Shown here: in pieces, positions 28,264 through 36,084 of the stretch | Numbering within the stretch: the stretch's first letter is position 1 | How the letters are laid out: each line of letters starts with the position of its first letter | DNA from: a virus | Lineage: Duplodnaviria > Caudoviricetes | Strand: one strand, 5' to 3' | DNA length: 45,871 nucleotides | Virus record (IMG/VR): IMGVR_UViG_3300048560_000066 | Location: 1 to 45,871 of that record | Made by a program: the position numbers and the translations under genes | The notes under the pieces: model-generated | What the model saw: the letters and a program-made list of their open reading frames with translations, nothing else | What the model was told of the DNA's origin: nothing | The model's database searches: none

Positions 28264-28871
28264 AGACCGCCCTCACCAAAATCGCGTCCGTCCTCGCGCT
28301 CGTCCTGTGCGGCCTGCTTCTGGGCGGCCAGGCCCTCGCTCCGCCCGCGAGCCAGACGGGCGCGAACGCCTTCACCGGGGCGAACACCTTCTCCGGCACG
28401 AGCGCCTTCTCCGGCGACGTGACCATCACCGGGAAGCTCACCGCCTCCGGCGCGCCAAGCGGCGGGCTCACCGCGGGCGCCGGGCTCCAAATCGGGAGCT
28501 ACAACGGCTCGACCCACGCCGGCATCTGGGCGCCCAGCATCACCGCGTCCGTCACCAACTACGGCGTGTTGCTCGAGCAAGGCGGCGGCACGCATATCTC
28601 GACCTTCGGTTCGGGCCTCACGCTCGATGCTTCGGGCGTCGCCAAGTGGACGATGGACACCACCGGCAACCTCCTCGGCGTGGCTGGAGCGACGAAGACG
28701 CGCGGCACCATCACCCTGGCGGCCGGCACGGGCACGGCGACCGTGAACTCGGGGGCCATCTGCGTGTGCGTCGACTCCACCGCCAACGCCTCCGTGAAGT
28801 GCGCCGTCGCGACTACCACGCTCACCGCGACCGGCACCGGGACTGACGTCATCACCTATCTTTGCCTCTGA
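28260..28871 (+). CDS. Fibre/spike-like protein with signal peptide
   Basis: MKTALTKIASVLALVLCGLLLGGQALA then GANAFTGANTFSGTSAFSG repeats; Cys-rich tip. Confidence 0.7.
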   Translation: MKTALTKIASVLALVLCGLLLGGQALAPPASQTGANAFTGANTFSGTSAFSGDVTITGKLTASGAPSGGLTAGAGLQIGSYNGSTHAGIWAPSITASVTNYGVLLEQGGGTHISTFGSGLTLDASGVAKWTMDTTGNLLGVAGATKTRGTITLAAGTGTATVNSGAICVCVDSTANASVKCAVATTTLTATGTGTDVITYLCL

Positions 28872-28881
28872 GGAGCACCAC

Positions 28882-29199
28882 ATGAAGAAGACCCTCGCGC
28901 TGTTGCTGCTCCCCGCCGCGCTCGTCGCGGCTTTCGCCGTCGCGGAGGACCGGGTCGACCGGCTCTACGAGACCAGCACCACCTTGCAGAGCGTGCAGAC
29001 GCTCGTGGTTGACGGCGGGTGCATTTTTTCGAGCTCGGGCTACGCGCTCCAGGACGGCGGCATGGGTCCGCGGCTGGTCTTCGGAAGCTCGCCCAGCTTC
29101 TTCGTGGCGAGCGGCAACGCAACCTGTAGCGCGCTTCTGACCGGCGGCCTGAAGTGCCTCAAGTACGGCCTGGGGCTCGATGGGGGCGGCTGCCCGTGA
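28882..29199 (+). CDS. Small secreted Cys-rich protein
   Basis: GAGGAG RBS; MKKTLALLLLPAALVAAFAVA; four Cys. Confidence 0.75.
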   Translation: MKKTLALLLLPAALVAAFAVAEDRVDRLYETSTTLQSVQTLVVDGGCIFSSSGYALQDGGMGPRLVFGSSPSFFVASGNATCSALLTGGLKCLKYGLGLDGGGCP

Positions 29200-29507
29200 G
29201 CGAGCCCGGATTCGCCCAGAAGCTGGCCAATCGCATCTTCAAGCGCGAGGCGCTTTTGATGCTCACGGTCATCGTCGTCTCCGCGGCCGGCGCCGTGTAC
29301 GGCCAGGCGCGCCTCGAGGCGAAATTGGACGAGTCCGCGAAGAAGCACGTCGAGCCCGTGAAGGCGAGCCACGACGACCTCGAGCGACGCTTCGTGCGCC
29401 ACGAGGGCGCCGAGGATTTGCGCTGGAGCCACATCGAGAAGAAACTTGACCGGTTCGAGCAACTCCTGCTCGAGGATCGCGCTGCACGAGCAGCCGGGAG
29501 GAAGTGA
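29196..29507 (+). CDS. Membrane-anchored coiled-coil protein (holin/antiholin-like)
   Basis: One TM segment then coiled coil; GTGA overlap. Confidence 0.5.
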   Translation: MSEPGFAQKLANRIFKREALLMLTVIVVSAAGAVYGQARLEAKLDESAKKHVEPVKASHDDLERRFVRHEGAEDLRWSHIEKKLDRFEQLLLEDRAARAAGRK

Positions 29508-29767
29508 TGAGCGACGAGACCCCCAAGGACGAAGATTTCACCGAGTTGAAGCCCGGACAGGGGGGCTGGACTCCTCCGGTGTGGGCCCCGTACGCGGCCG
29601 GCGCGGGCGCGACCGCCCTCGGCTCCATCGGCGCCGCGCTCCTGGCCCTGCCGGAGCCGACGATGATCACCAAGGTCTTCGGTATCGTGCTGCTCGGCCT
29701 CGCGGCCGGTCTGGGCACGGCGGCCGGCGTCACCAGCGCGGGCCCGCGCAAGGCGGGTGGCAAGTGA
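29507..29767 (+). CDS. Holin-like two-TM protein
   Basis: Two hydrophobic helices, basic C-terminus, GGAGG RBS. Confidence 0.55.
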   Translation: MSDETPKDEDFTELKPGQGGWTPPVWAPYAAGAGATALGSIGAALLALPEPTMITKVFGIVLLGLAAGLGTAAGVTSAGPRKAGGK

Positions 29768-30006
29768 AGGCGCTCGTTCTGGCGCTGGCGGCCCTCGCGG
29801 GCTCCGGGTGCGTGACGGCGAACGTCCACGCCCGGTTCTACCACGGCGAGATGCAGAAGAAGATGACCTGCATCTTCGAGCCCGGCGGCCCCGGCGTGCT
29901 CCCGGAGGCGAAGTGCGGCCCTCCGCACATCATGGACTTGCTCGTCCCCGACGAGCCCGGCGACCCGGCTCCCTTGACAGGAGCAAGCGGCCGCACCAAG
30001 ATGTAA
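29764..30006 (+). CDS. Small lipoprotein (o-spanin-like)
   Basis: MKALVLALAALAGSG-C lipobox, Pro-rich, extra Cys pair. Confidence 0.55.
   Translation: MKALVLALAALAGSGCVTANVHARFYHGEMQKKMTCIFEPGGPGVLPEAKCGPPHIMDLLVPDEPGDPAPLTGASGRTKM
29974..30002 (+). promoter_or_regulatory. Sigma70-type promoter, leaderless
   Basis: TTGACA-N17-CAAGAT-N6-GTG(30009). Confidence 0.55.
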
Positions 30007-30008
30007 GG

Positions 30009-30494
30009 GTGCGGACCATTCTCGTTCTGAGCGCAGTTCTGGCGGCCGGGTGTTCCTGTGGGAGCCCCGGCCGCTCGCTTTTCGAGTCCCGATGCGGCGT
30101 GACTGTCGTAGGCGATGAATGGCCCGACGGCTGGTCAGCCGAGGACTTCCAGGCGAACGAGGACCGACTCATGGCCCGCTTCGCCGCGCACGTCACCGAC
30201 AAGCGCTTCAAGGACGCGTGCGACCGGATGCCCGGGACGTCGCTATTCATCCGCCCCGAGGTGCATTGGATTGACGAGCTCGGCCGAGACGTCTGGGGGT
30301 TGACGAGCTGCACGATTCGCCGGATTCAGGTCGGCCGGGCGCTGGTTCCGCCGCTGTCAACGATGGGGCACGAGTACGCGCACATCATCCAGAACTGCGA
30401 GGCGTACCCCCCGATGGACAAGAAGCAGGACCCCGCGCACGCGAATTGGGTCCGCGACCGGATTCACTTCGCCGCGGGCGCCGGGTCGCTCTGA
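30009..30494 (+). CDS. Lipoprotein with HExxH zinc-metallopeptidase motif
   Basis: MRTILVLSAVLAAG-C lipobox; TMGHEYAHIIQ; start reassigned from 29757 to GTG 30009. Confidence 0.7.
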   Translation: MRTILVLSAVLAAGCSCGSPGRSLFESRCGVTVVGDEWPDGWSAEDFQANEDRLMARFAAHVTDKRFKDACDRMPGTSLFIRPEVHWIDELGRDVWGLTSCTIRRIQVGRALVPPLSTMGHEYAHIIQNCEAYPPMDKKQDPAHANWVRDRIHFAAGAGSL

Positions 30495-30495
30495 A

Positions 30496-30529
30496 GCCAC
30501 GCGCAGTGGTCTGAGACCTGCGCAGTGGC
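30496..30529. terminator. Hairpin at the convergence of the two arms
   Basis: GCCAC-GCGCA..GGTC tga GACC-TGCGC-A-GTGGC; no clear U-tract. Confidence 0.35.
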
Positions 30530-30581
30530 CAGCGCGAGTGTTTCTCGAGCAGGGCTTGCAGGCGCGTTGAGGTGTAGGCAC

Positions 30582-31253
30582 TCACGTCGGACCCCGGGCA
30601 GAACTGTAGTCGATGCTCGCCCCCGGGCCAGGGCCCGTTTCTCCGAGAAGCAGCCGAGCCTGCGTGACGTTGATCAAGCCGCGCTCGCGCAAGTCGTAGA
30701 TGAGTTGCGTCCGTCCCAGCAAAGGCTGCGGAAGCGGCTCGATGTGGAACGGTCGACCTTCCGGAATCGGCGCGCTTCGGTCGGTGCCGAAGAACTCGCC
30801 GGGTTCCGTCTGCGGAAGCCACGCATCCAGGCCAACCAGACGCGGCTCCGGGCCGAACTCCACTCCGGAGAGGAGCTCGGGAGAGTACACCGCCCGCAAC
30901 ATCTCGCTGATCTGCGTCGTCGTCGTCGTCGCCAGCGGGCGACGCTTCGGGCACCAGCGCCGGCTCGCCTCGAGAAGCGCCTCGTCCCACGCCGCCTCCG
31001 CTTGCCGACCGGCTTCCTCCGCTCCGCCGACGACGCGCAGAAGGTGCCCGACCTTGCATTCGCGTTCGTGGCCGTGCGCCGGGTTCGAGCAGCAATACTC
31101 CGTCTCGCCGTCGTAGGCGTAGCTCACGCCGGACTCGGCGATCACCTTCATGATCTCCGCCCGGTGCTCTACGACCCCGAGCACCCAGGTCCACCCGCGC
31201 TCCCCGAGCAGCTCCTCGAGGACCTTCTTGTACTTCTCGGCGTCTTCGTTCAC
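30582..31253 (-). CDS. Chimeric protein with capsid-like and portal-like segments
   Basis: GTG 31253 overlaps upstream stop; C-terminal half aligns by eye with this phage's MCP and portal (see findings). Confidence 0.75.
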   Translation of the reverse strand: MNEDAEKYKKVLEELLGERGWTWVLGVVEHRAEIMKVIAESGVSYAYDGETEYCCSNPAHGHERECKVGHLLRVVGGAEEAGRQAEAAWDEALLEASRRWCPKRRPLATTTTTQISEMLRAVYSPELLSGVEFGPEPRLVGLDAWLPQTEPGEFFGTDRSAPIPEGRPFHIEPLPQPLLGRTQLIYDLRERGLINVTQARLLLGETGPGPGASIDYSSARGPT

Positions 31254-31525
31254 GCTGGCGCCCACCCCCACAGGCGGAGCTTCGCACCACGTCCGAATTC
31301 CATTGGACAAAGACGACTGTGGATAGAACCCGTCACACCGACGGCGCGGAGCGACCGCTCCCCCTCGGCGACTTTCTCCGCAGACGCAGGAAGTGTCAGC
31401 TCGAAGCGCCACTCCCGCCACTCGAGGTAGGTCATCCGCAAGATCCGCTCGCCGTTCTTGCCCACATCCGGCTGGAGGTGCTGGGTTACGCGTTTCACGT
31501 GAAGTCCTTCCTGGCGCTGCGCCAC
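31250..31525 (-). CDS. Hypothetical protein (start uncertain)
   Basis: Coupled chain of small - strand ORFs. Confidence 0.45.
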   Translation of the reverse strand: MAQRQEGLHVKRVTQHLQPDVGKNGERILRMTYLEWREWRFELTLPASAEKVAEGERSLRAVGVTGSIHSRLCPMEFGRGAKLRLWGWAPA

Positions 31526-31677
31526 CGACGCCCGTCTTCGAGCACGCCTTCATCCCCGACCGCGTCGGTCGCGAGGCCGAGGTGCCAGGAGCCGCGCTCG
31601 CCGCCTTCCTGAATCCAGACGAGGCGCTCGACCAGAGCAGGCGCCCACCCCGGCCCGTCTTCCGCGACGTAGCCCAT
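31495..31677 (-). CDS. Hypothetical protein
   Basis: GGAGG RBS, TAATG overlap. Confidence 0.55.
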   Translation of the reverse strand: MGYVAEDGPGWAPALVERLVWIQEGGERGSWHLGLATDAVGDEGVLEDGRRWRSARKDFT

Positions 31678-31919
31678 TACGCCTTCCTCCGATACACGCG
31701 CTCGTTGCGGTCCCCGTCGCCGTCGAGCGCCGCGGTCACCGTCCGCCCTATTTCATCCGCGAGAACCGGGCGGAAGCCCCGGTAGTGGTCGACGCTCAGG
31801 AGGAGACTTGCGAGCGCGGTCTCGTCGCCGTCTTGGAGCACGTCGTCGGGCTTCAGAAGGCGCCAGCTCTCGCAGAAGCGTTGAGCGACGTATCTACTCA
31901 GTGTCGGGGTCCAGTTCAC
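31677..31919 (-). CDS. Hypothetical protein
   Basis: GTGA overlap with upstream gene. Confidence 0.5.
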   Translation of the reverse strand: MNWTPTLSRYVAQRFCESWRLLKPDDVLQDGDETALASLLLSVDHYRGFRPVLADEIGRTVTAALDGDGDRNERVYRRKA

Positions 31920-32062
31920 GGTTCGAACTCCGGCCCCTTGCAGGGCGAGCGAATGGCCTTCTCGGTGAGCTTGTTCCGGAGGGCGACGAGGCCGCACCGC
32001 CGGCAGAATCGCATCCAGGGGAAGCGCTTCACCCACGCGCCGAACGAGTGGACGGAAATCAT
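31916..32062 (-). CDS. Small zinc-binding protein
   Basis: H...CRRC...C pattern; GGAGG RBS. Confidence 0.55.
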   Translation of the reverse strand: MISVHSFGAWVKRFPWMRFCRRCGLVALRNKLTEKAIRSPCKGPEFEP

Positions 32063-32138
32063 CGCGTCCTCCGCCCGAAGATAGCGTCGAAGAGGCACAG
32101 CGCCGCGACGACGGGGAGCGAGAAGCAGAGCGCGCGGG

Positions 32139-32411
32139 TCATTGGACCGCAGCCTGAATCGCGTCGTCGATAGCGATGGCGGCCTGCACCGTCACGTCGA
32201 TGCGTGCTCGGTTCACTCCGACGGGGACGCTTGGCATGATGTCGCGGTGCGCCTCGGGGAGGGAGGTGTCGGGACCCCACTCGAAGAAGTCTCCGCGGAG
32301 CGCCGAAAGGAGCGACTCGGTGATGCGCTGAACGCGCTCCCGGCGGTCCTTTCGATCCGTAGACCCGAGGCTCCCAAGGCACGGCTGATATAGCTGGTGT
32401 TCGTCGCTCAC
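32139..32411 (-). CDS. Hypothetical protein
   Basis: GGAG RBS, GTGA overlap. Confidence 0.55.
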   Translation of the reverse strand: MSDEHQLYQPCLGSLGSTDRKDRRERVQRITESLLSALRGDFFEWGPDTSLPEAHRDIMPSVPVGVNRARIDVTVQAAIAIDDAIQAAVQ

Positions 32412-33268
32412 GGCGTCTCTCCCGGGAAAGGGGCGAACCGCGGCCCCAGCTTATCGACGATGCCGAGACCGCGCGTCGTCTTGTGAATCCGTGCCTGCGC
32501 CCGATAACGGAAGACCGGGGCGTTGATGTTTGCGAGGAAGCCGGCGTTCAGCTCCCAGATGATGCCGCCCAGCTGACGCTCGAAGTGCACCCCGCCGCGG
32601 TGTGAGTGGCCGCAGACGGTGTTCCGCTGGTTGAACGCCGCGTGGTCGCCGAGCCGGCTCCGGAAGCCGTGCATGTACACGACGCCGTCGATGACCAGCT
32701 CCTCGTTCGACTCGTTCACCGTCGAGACGCCGGGGAAGGCGTAGAGGTTCTTCAGCTCGGGGCCGATGAGGGTCGCCAGCTCGGGGGCCTTGTTCAGGGC
32801 CAGTTTGTATGGCCGGTCGTCGTGGTTGCCGATGAGCTGGTAGCACGTCGCCGCGGGGGCTGCGAGCTTCACCGCCCGCCACAGCTCCTCCGCCGCGCCC
32901 CGGCCCGTGTCGATCTCGGCGGCGGGGGTGATGTGGTTTGGATTCCGCGGGTGCCGGCCGAACGAGTACATGTCGTACAGGTCGCCCATCTGCACGACGG
33001 TCTTCGGCTGGAGCTCGGCGATGAGGTCCAGCGCCCACTCGAGCGCGCTCTCACACTGCCAGGGCGCGTGGAAGTCGCCGATAGCGACGACCGTCTCGGA
33101 GTGGGTCTGCGGCTTCGGGGCGCCGTTCGCGCGTCGTTGGCGCCTCTGGTCGGCCTCGCACGCGGTGCAGAGGCGCCGGGTGGCGGTACGCCCGTCAGGG
33201 AACTTCGACTCCCGGAATTCGCCAGGCTTCGTACAGCGCTTGCAGAGCTTCTCGGGGGACTTTTCCAT
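32408..33268 (-). CDS. Calcineurin-like metallophosphoesterase with N-terminal Cys4 finger
   Basis: GDFH, GDLYD, GNHD, HG, GHSH motifs; CKRC...CTAC. Confidence 0.88.
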   Translation of the reverse strand: MEKSPEKLCKRCTKPGEFRESKFPDGRTATRRLCTACEADQRRQRRANGAPKPQTHSETVVAIGDFHAPWQCESALEWALDLIAELQPKTVVQMGDLYDMYSFGRHPRNPNHITPAAEIDTGRGAAEELWRAVKLAAPAATCYQLIGNHDDRPYKLALNKAPELATLIGPELKNLYAFPGVSTVNESNEELVIDGVVYMHGFRSRLGDHAAFNQRNTVCGHSHRGGVHFERQLGGIIWELNAGFLANINAPVFRYRAQARIHKTTRGLGIVDKLGPRFAPFPGETP

Positions 33269-33272
33269 GGGG

Positions 33273-33548
33273 CTAGGCTACCACGCCCCGCGTGTCTTTG
33301 CCCTTCTTGCGCAGCTCGATCGTCGCGGGTTCGAACCCGGGCGGAATGGGCCCGCCGAGCTGCACTGCAATCCACGGCCGGTCAGGATGTTGGTCGATCG
33401 GACACGTCGCTTCGAAGCATGCCCAGCGCATCGGTTCCCGGCGGAACTCGCAGGAGAACTCCCAGAAGCGCCGGGCGAGCCCTTCATCCTTGTGCGGGTT
33501 GGCGACTCGGATAAGCCATAACGCGAACCGCGTCAGAAGCTCCCTCAT
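33273..33548 (-). CDS. Hypothetical protein
   Basis: ATGA overlap; C-terminus duplicates that of the upstream gene. Confidence 0.55.
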   Translation of the reverse strand: MRELLTRFALWLIRVANPHKDEGLARRFWEFSCEFRREPMRWACFEATCPIDQHPDRPWIAVQLGGPIPPGFEPATIELRKKGKDTRGVVA

Positions 33549-34060
33549 GGCGTCACCCCGCGCGTGTCTTCGCCCTTCTTGCGCAGCACCAGCGCGATGA
33601 GCATGAGCGCGCAGCACCCGAAGTGGTGCAAGTGGGGGAGCCCGCTCTCCGCGTCAAGTTCTACGCCGCGCATCCACGCGCCGAGGTGCCGGAGCGCCGC
33701 GCCCGCCAGACGGCCCCAGGCGAGGCCCTTCTCCCAGTTCCTGTCGCCGTAGCCGCGTTGGCCGTCCGGGCGGACCTTCTCGGTCGCGCCGTACCGGAGC
33801 ACCATCGCGACGGCCTCGAGCGCGTCCATCGGCAGGAGGTCCATCCGGGGCTTGCCGTCGTCGAACTTCAGGCCGACGTCGGCGGGAGGGGCCTCGACGA
33901 GCTCGAACCGGCTCTCGAAAAAAGAATCGGACTCGCCAGCTCCGAGATCGACCCGCACCAGATCATTTCCCTCGCATCCGACGACCAGATACCGGCACCC
34001 GTTCTTCAGCGGGTACCGCGCGTAGATGCACACGACTTGGTCTCCAACCTTGAAGCTCAT
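33545..34060 (-). CDS. dATP/dGTP diphosphohydrolase-domain protein with N-terminal FKVGD module
   Basis: KFDDGKPRMDLLP...VLRYGA...NWEKG...AALRHL...DAESGLPHLHH. Confidence 0.85.
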   Translation of the reverse strand: MSFKVGDQVVCIYARYPLKNGCRYLVVGCEGNDLVRVDLGAGESDSFFESRFELVEAPPADVGLKFDDGKPRMDLLPMDALEAVAMVLRYGATEKVRPDGQRGYGDRNWEKGLAWGRLAGAALRHLGAWMRGVELDAESGLPHLHHFGCCALMLIALVLRKKGEDTRGVTP

Positions 34061-34208
34061 CGTTCGTCCCTTTCTTTCTGCTCGTGCTTCGCGTCCGACA
34101 TCACTTTGTTCACCCACGCCGAATCGATGCTCGTCCCCGCGGGCGCGCTCCGCCTCAAAACCCAGCCGACGACGAGCCCGACCGCGAGGGCGGCCATCAC
34201 GAGAGCTA

Positions 34209-34700
34209 TCACGCGCCACCCCGCTTCATCCGTCCGAGGTGGAACAGCCCGAGCCCGATCGCGTCGATGGTGTTGTGGTCCTTCGCGCCGACCGAGACAA
34301 GGCGACTCAGCTCTCCTGTCGCGAGGTGCTTTAGGATGCGGTTGGTCATCACTTTCTTCGGGACCTGGCCCTTCCACGCCGCGGGGTAGTACGCGACGAT
34401 GGTCGGCACGGACTCCCAGTGAGCGGCGATGGCGCCGAGGACCCCCGCGAGCTGGATGAGGTCGTTCGGGTCCTCGCGCCGGACGCCGGGGTAGATGCGC
34501 GGCTGCTCGAGGACGAGGATATCGGGTCGGCCGGTGCGAACCACCTCGCCCGCCATCGCCGCCCACGCGACCGGGCCGGTGAGCGTCTTCTCGGGACTGG
34601 TGATGTAGCACGCCTTGATGAGAAAGGGCTGGCACCCCTCAGTCTCGAACGCCGCGACGCCGCACCCGCGAAGGCCGGGGTCGATAGCGATGAGTCTCAT
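34209..34700 (-). CDS. RuvC-like Holliday junction resolvase
   Basis: LIAIDPG...LVLEQP...PAAWKG...HNTIDAIGLG. Confidence 0.8.
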   Translation of the reverse strand: MRLIAIDPGLRGCGVAAFETEGCQPFLIKACYITSPEKTLTGPVAWAAMAGEVVRTGRPDILVLEQPRIYPGVRREDPNDLIQLAGVLGAIAAHWESVPTIVAYYPAAWKGQVPKKVMTNRILKHLATGELSRLVSVGAKDHNTIDAIGLGLFHLGRMKRGGA

Positions 34701-34933
34701 TGGCGCCCCCGCGGCGGCATCTGAAGGAAGCCGTTGTCGATACGGACGACGTTGTCGTTCGCCGGAGGGGCGTAGAACTGCTTCATCGCCGCCTCGAGCG
34801 CCTTGTACTCCGGCGACCGGCGGATCTGCCACACGCGATAGGCGGAGAGCGCGGCGCGGCCCCAGCGAGCGGCCTCGCCGACGAAGAGGAACGTGAGGAT
34901 GGTGAGCATGTAGAACTGCGCGGTTTCGTTCAT
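34697..34933 (-). CDS. Small membrane protein
   Basis: GAAAGG RBS, N-terminal TM segment. Confidence 0.5.
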   Translation of the reverse strand: MNETAQFYMLTILTFLFVGEAARWGRAALSAYRVWQIRRSPEYKALEAAMKQFYAPPANDNVVRIDNGFLQMPPRGRQ

Positions 34934-35649
34934 GACGTGCCTTTCAGGTGCGGCGGGAAGTGCGTGTTGTACTCGAACAGGAAGTTGTTCTCTGCGGTAA
35001 ACGGGGTCCACCCGAGCACCGACCAGTTCTTGTCGCGCGGCCACACCGCCGGGAGTTTCCCGAGCTTCGTGGTCTCCCCCCAGCCTTCGGGTGATCAAGC
35101 TCTTGTTCATTTGGCACTCCTCCGCGCGGCGTTCGCGTCCTGGACCGCTGCGTAGAGATTCCAGGCCGCCTTCTGGACCTCTGTCGGCTCCGCACGGACC
35201 CATCCCGCGTGGCATGCATCCGAGCGCCGCCATTCTCCAGCCTCGCGGTAGTGGCCTCCCATGTACATCTCGAGGACTACGACAAATACGCGCCGCATCT
35301 CATCCGGCGAGAGTTCGACAGAGGTCGTGACATGAACTCGCATGCTCACTTGGGCTCCACCGTGGCGCACTCGCAGACCGGGACCGCCCCGCCCGCCTCA
35401 TGGCGCTCGGAGTAACTCTTCATCCGCCCGCCCTTCGAGTCGAAGCATGCCTTCGCGCAATTCGTGGAGTTCTCGCAGGCAACGCAGCTCGCCCCCATCG
35501 CGAACATGCACACCAGCGCCAGAATGATCATCCCGATAACCGATTCGTTCTCGCTCACTTGTCTTCCTTTCCGACGTACACGCCCATCACGAACGCCGTC
35601 ACCGCGACGGCGATGAAGCTCACCATGCAAAACAACACCTCGTGCTCGC

Positions 35650-36084
35650 TCACAGGTCCCTTTCGACTTTCTGCTTCACCTTGTCTAACGCAGCCGAAGC
35701 GATTTGTCGAATGCGTTCTCGCGTGAGGCTCAGCACCGACCCGATTTCCTCAAGCGTGACACCCCCCTTCGCCGCGACGTCCAGCGCGCAGGTCTCCGCC
35801 ATCGACTCCAGGTCCGGGGCGTTGTAGGTGACGCTCCCCGTCGGGTTGACCTCGAGGTAGAGGTGGTACTTGCAGCTGACGAAGGGGCAGGGGCGACACC
35901 CGTTTTCGCACTCGGAGCGCGTCGTAGGCTTCACCGGAAGGGTCTCCCCGTCGTCCTCCGCCTCGTCCTCCGCCCGGCGCGTGGGGGCGAGCCGGCGCAT
36001 GAGCTTCGCGCTCTCGGTGCGCACGCGGCCCGTGCCGGTGACGAAGCCCTTCGATGTCGCACGACCTTTGGATGGAGAGGTCAT
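35650..36084 (-). CDS. Sigma70 region-4-like HTH protein with Cys/His-rich N-terminal module
   Basis: TLEEIGSVLSLTRERIRQIASAALDKVK matches sigma70 region 4.2; CRPCPFVSCKYHLY...TCALDVA. Confidence 0.85.
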   Translation of the reverse strand: MTSPSKGRATSKGFVTGTGRVRTESAKLMRRLAPTRRAEDEAEDDGETLPVKPTTRSECENGCRPCPFVSCKYHLYLEVNPTGSVTYNAPDLESMAETCALDVAAKGGVTLEEIGSVLSLTRERIRQIASAALDKVKQKVERDL

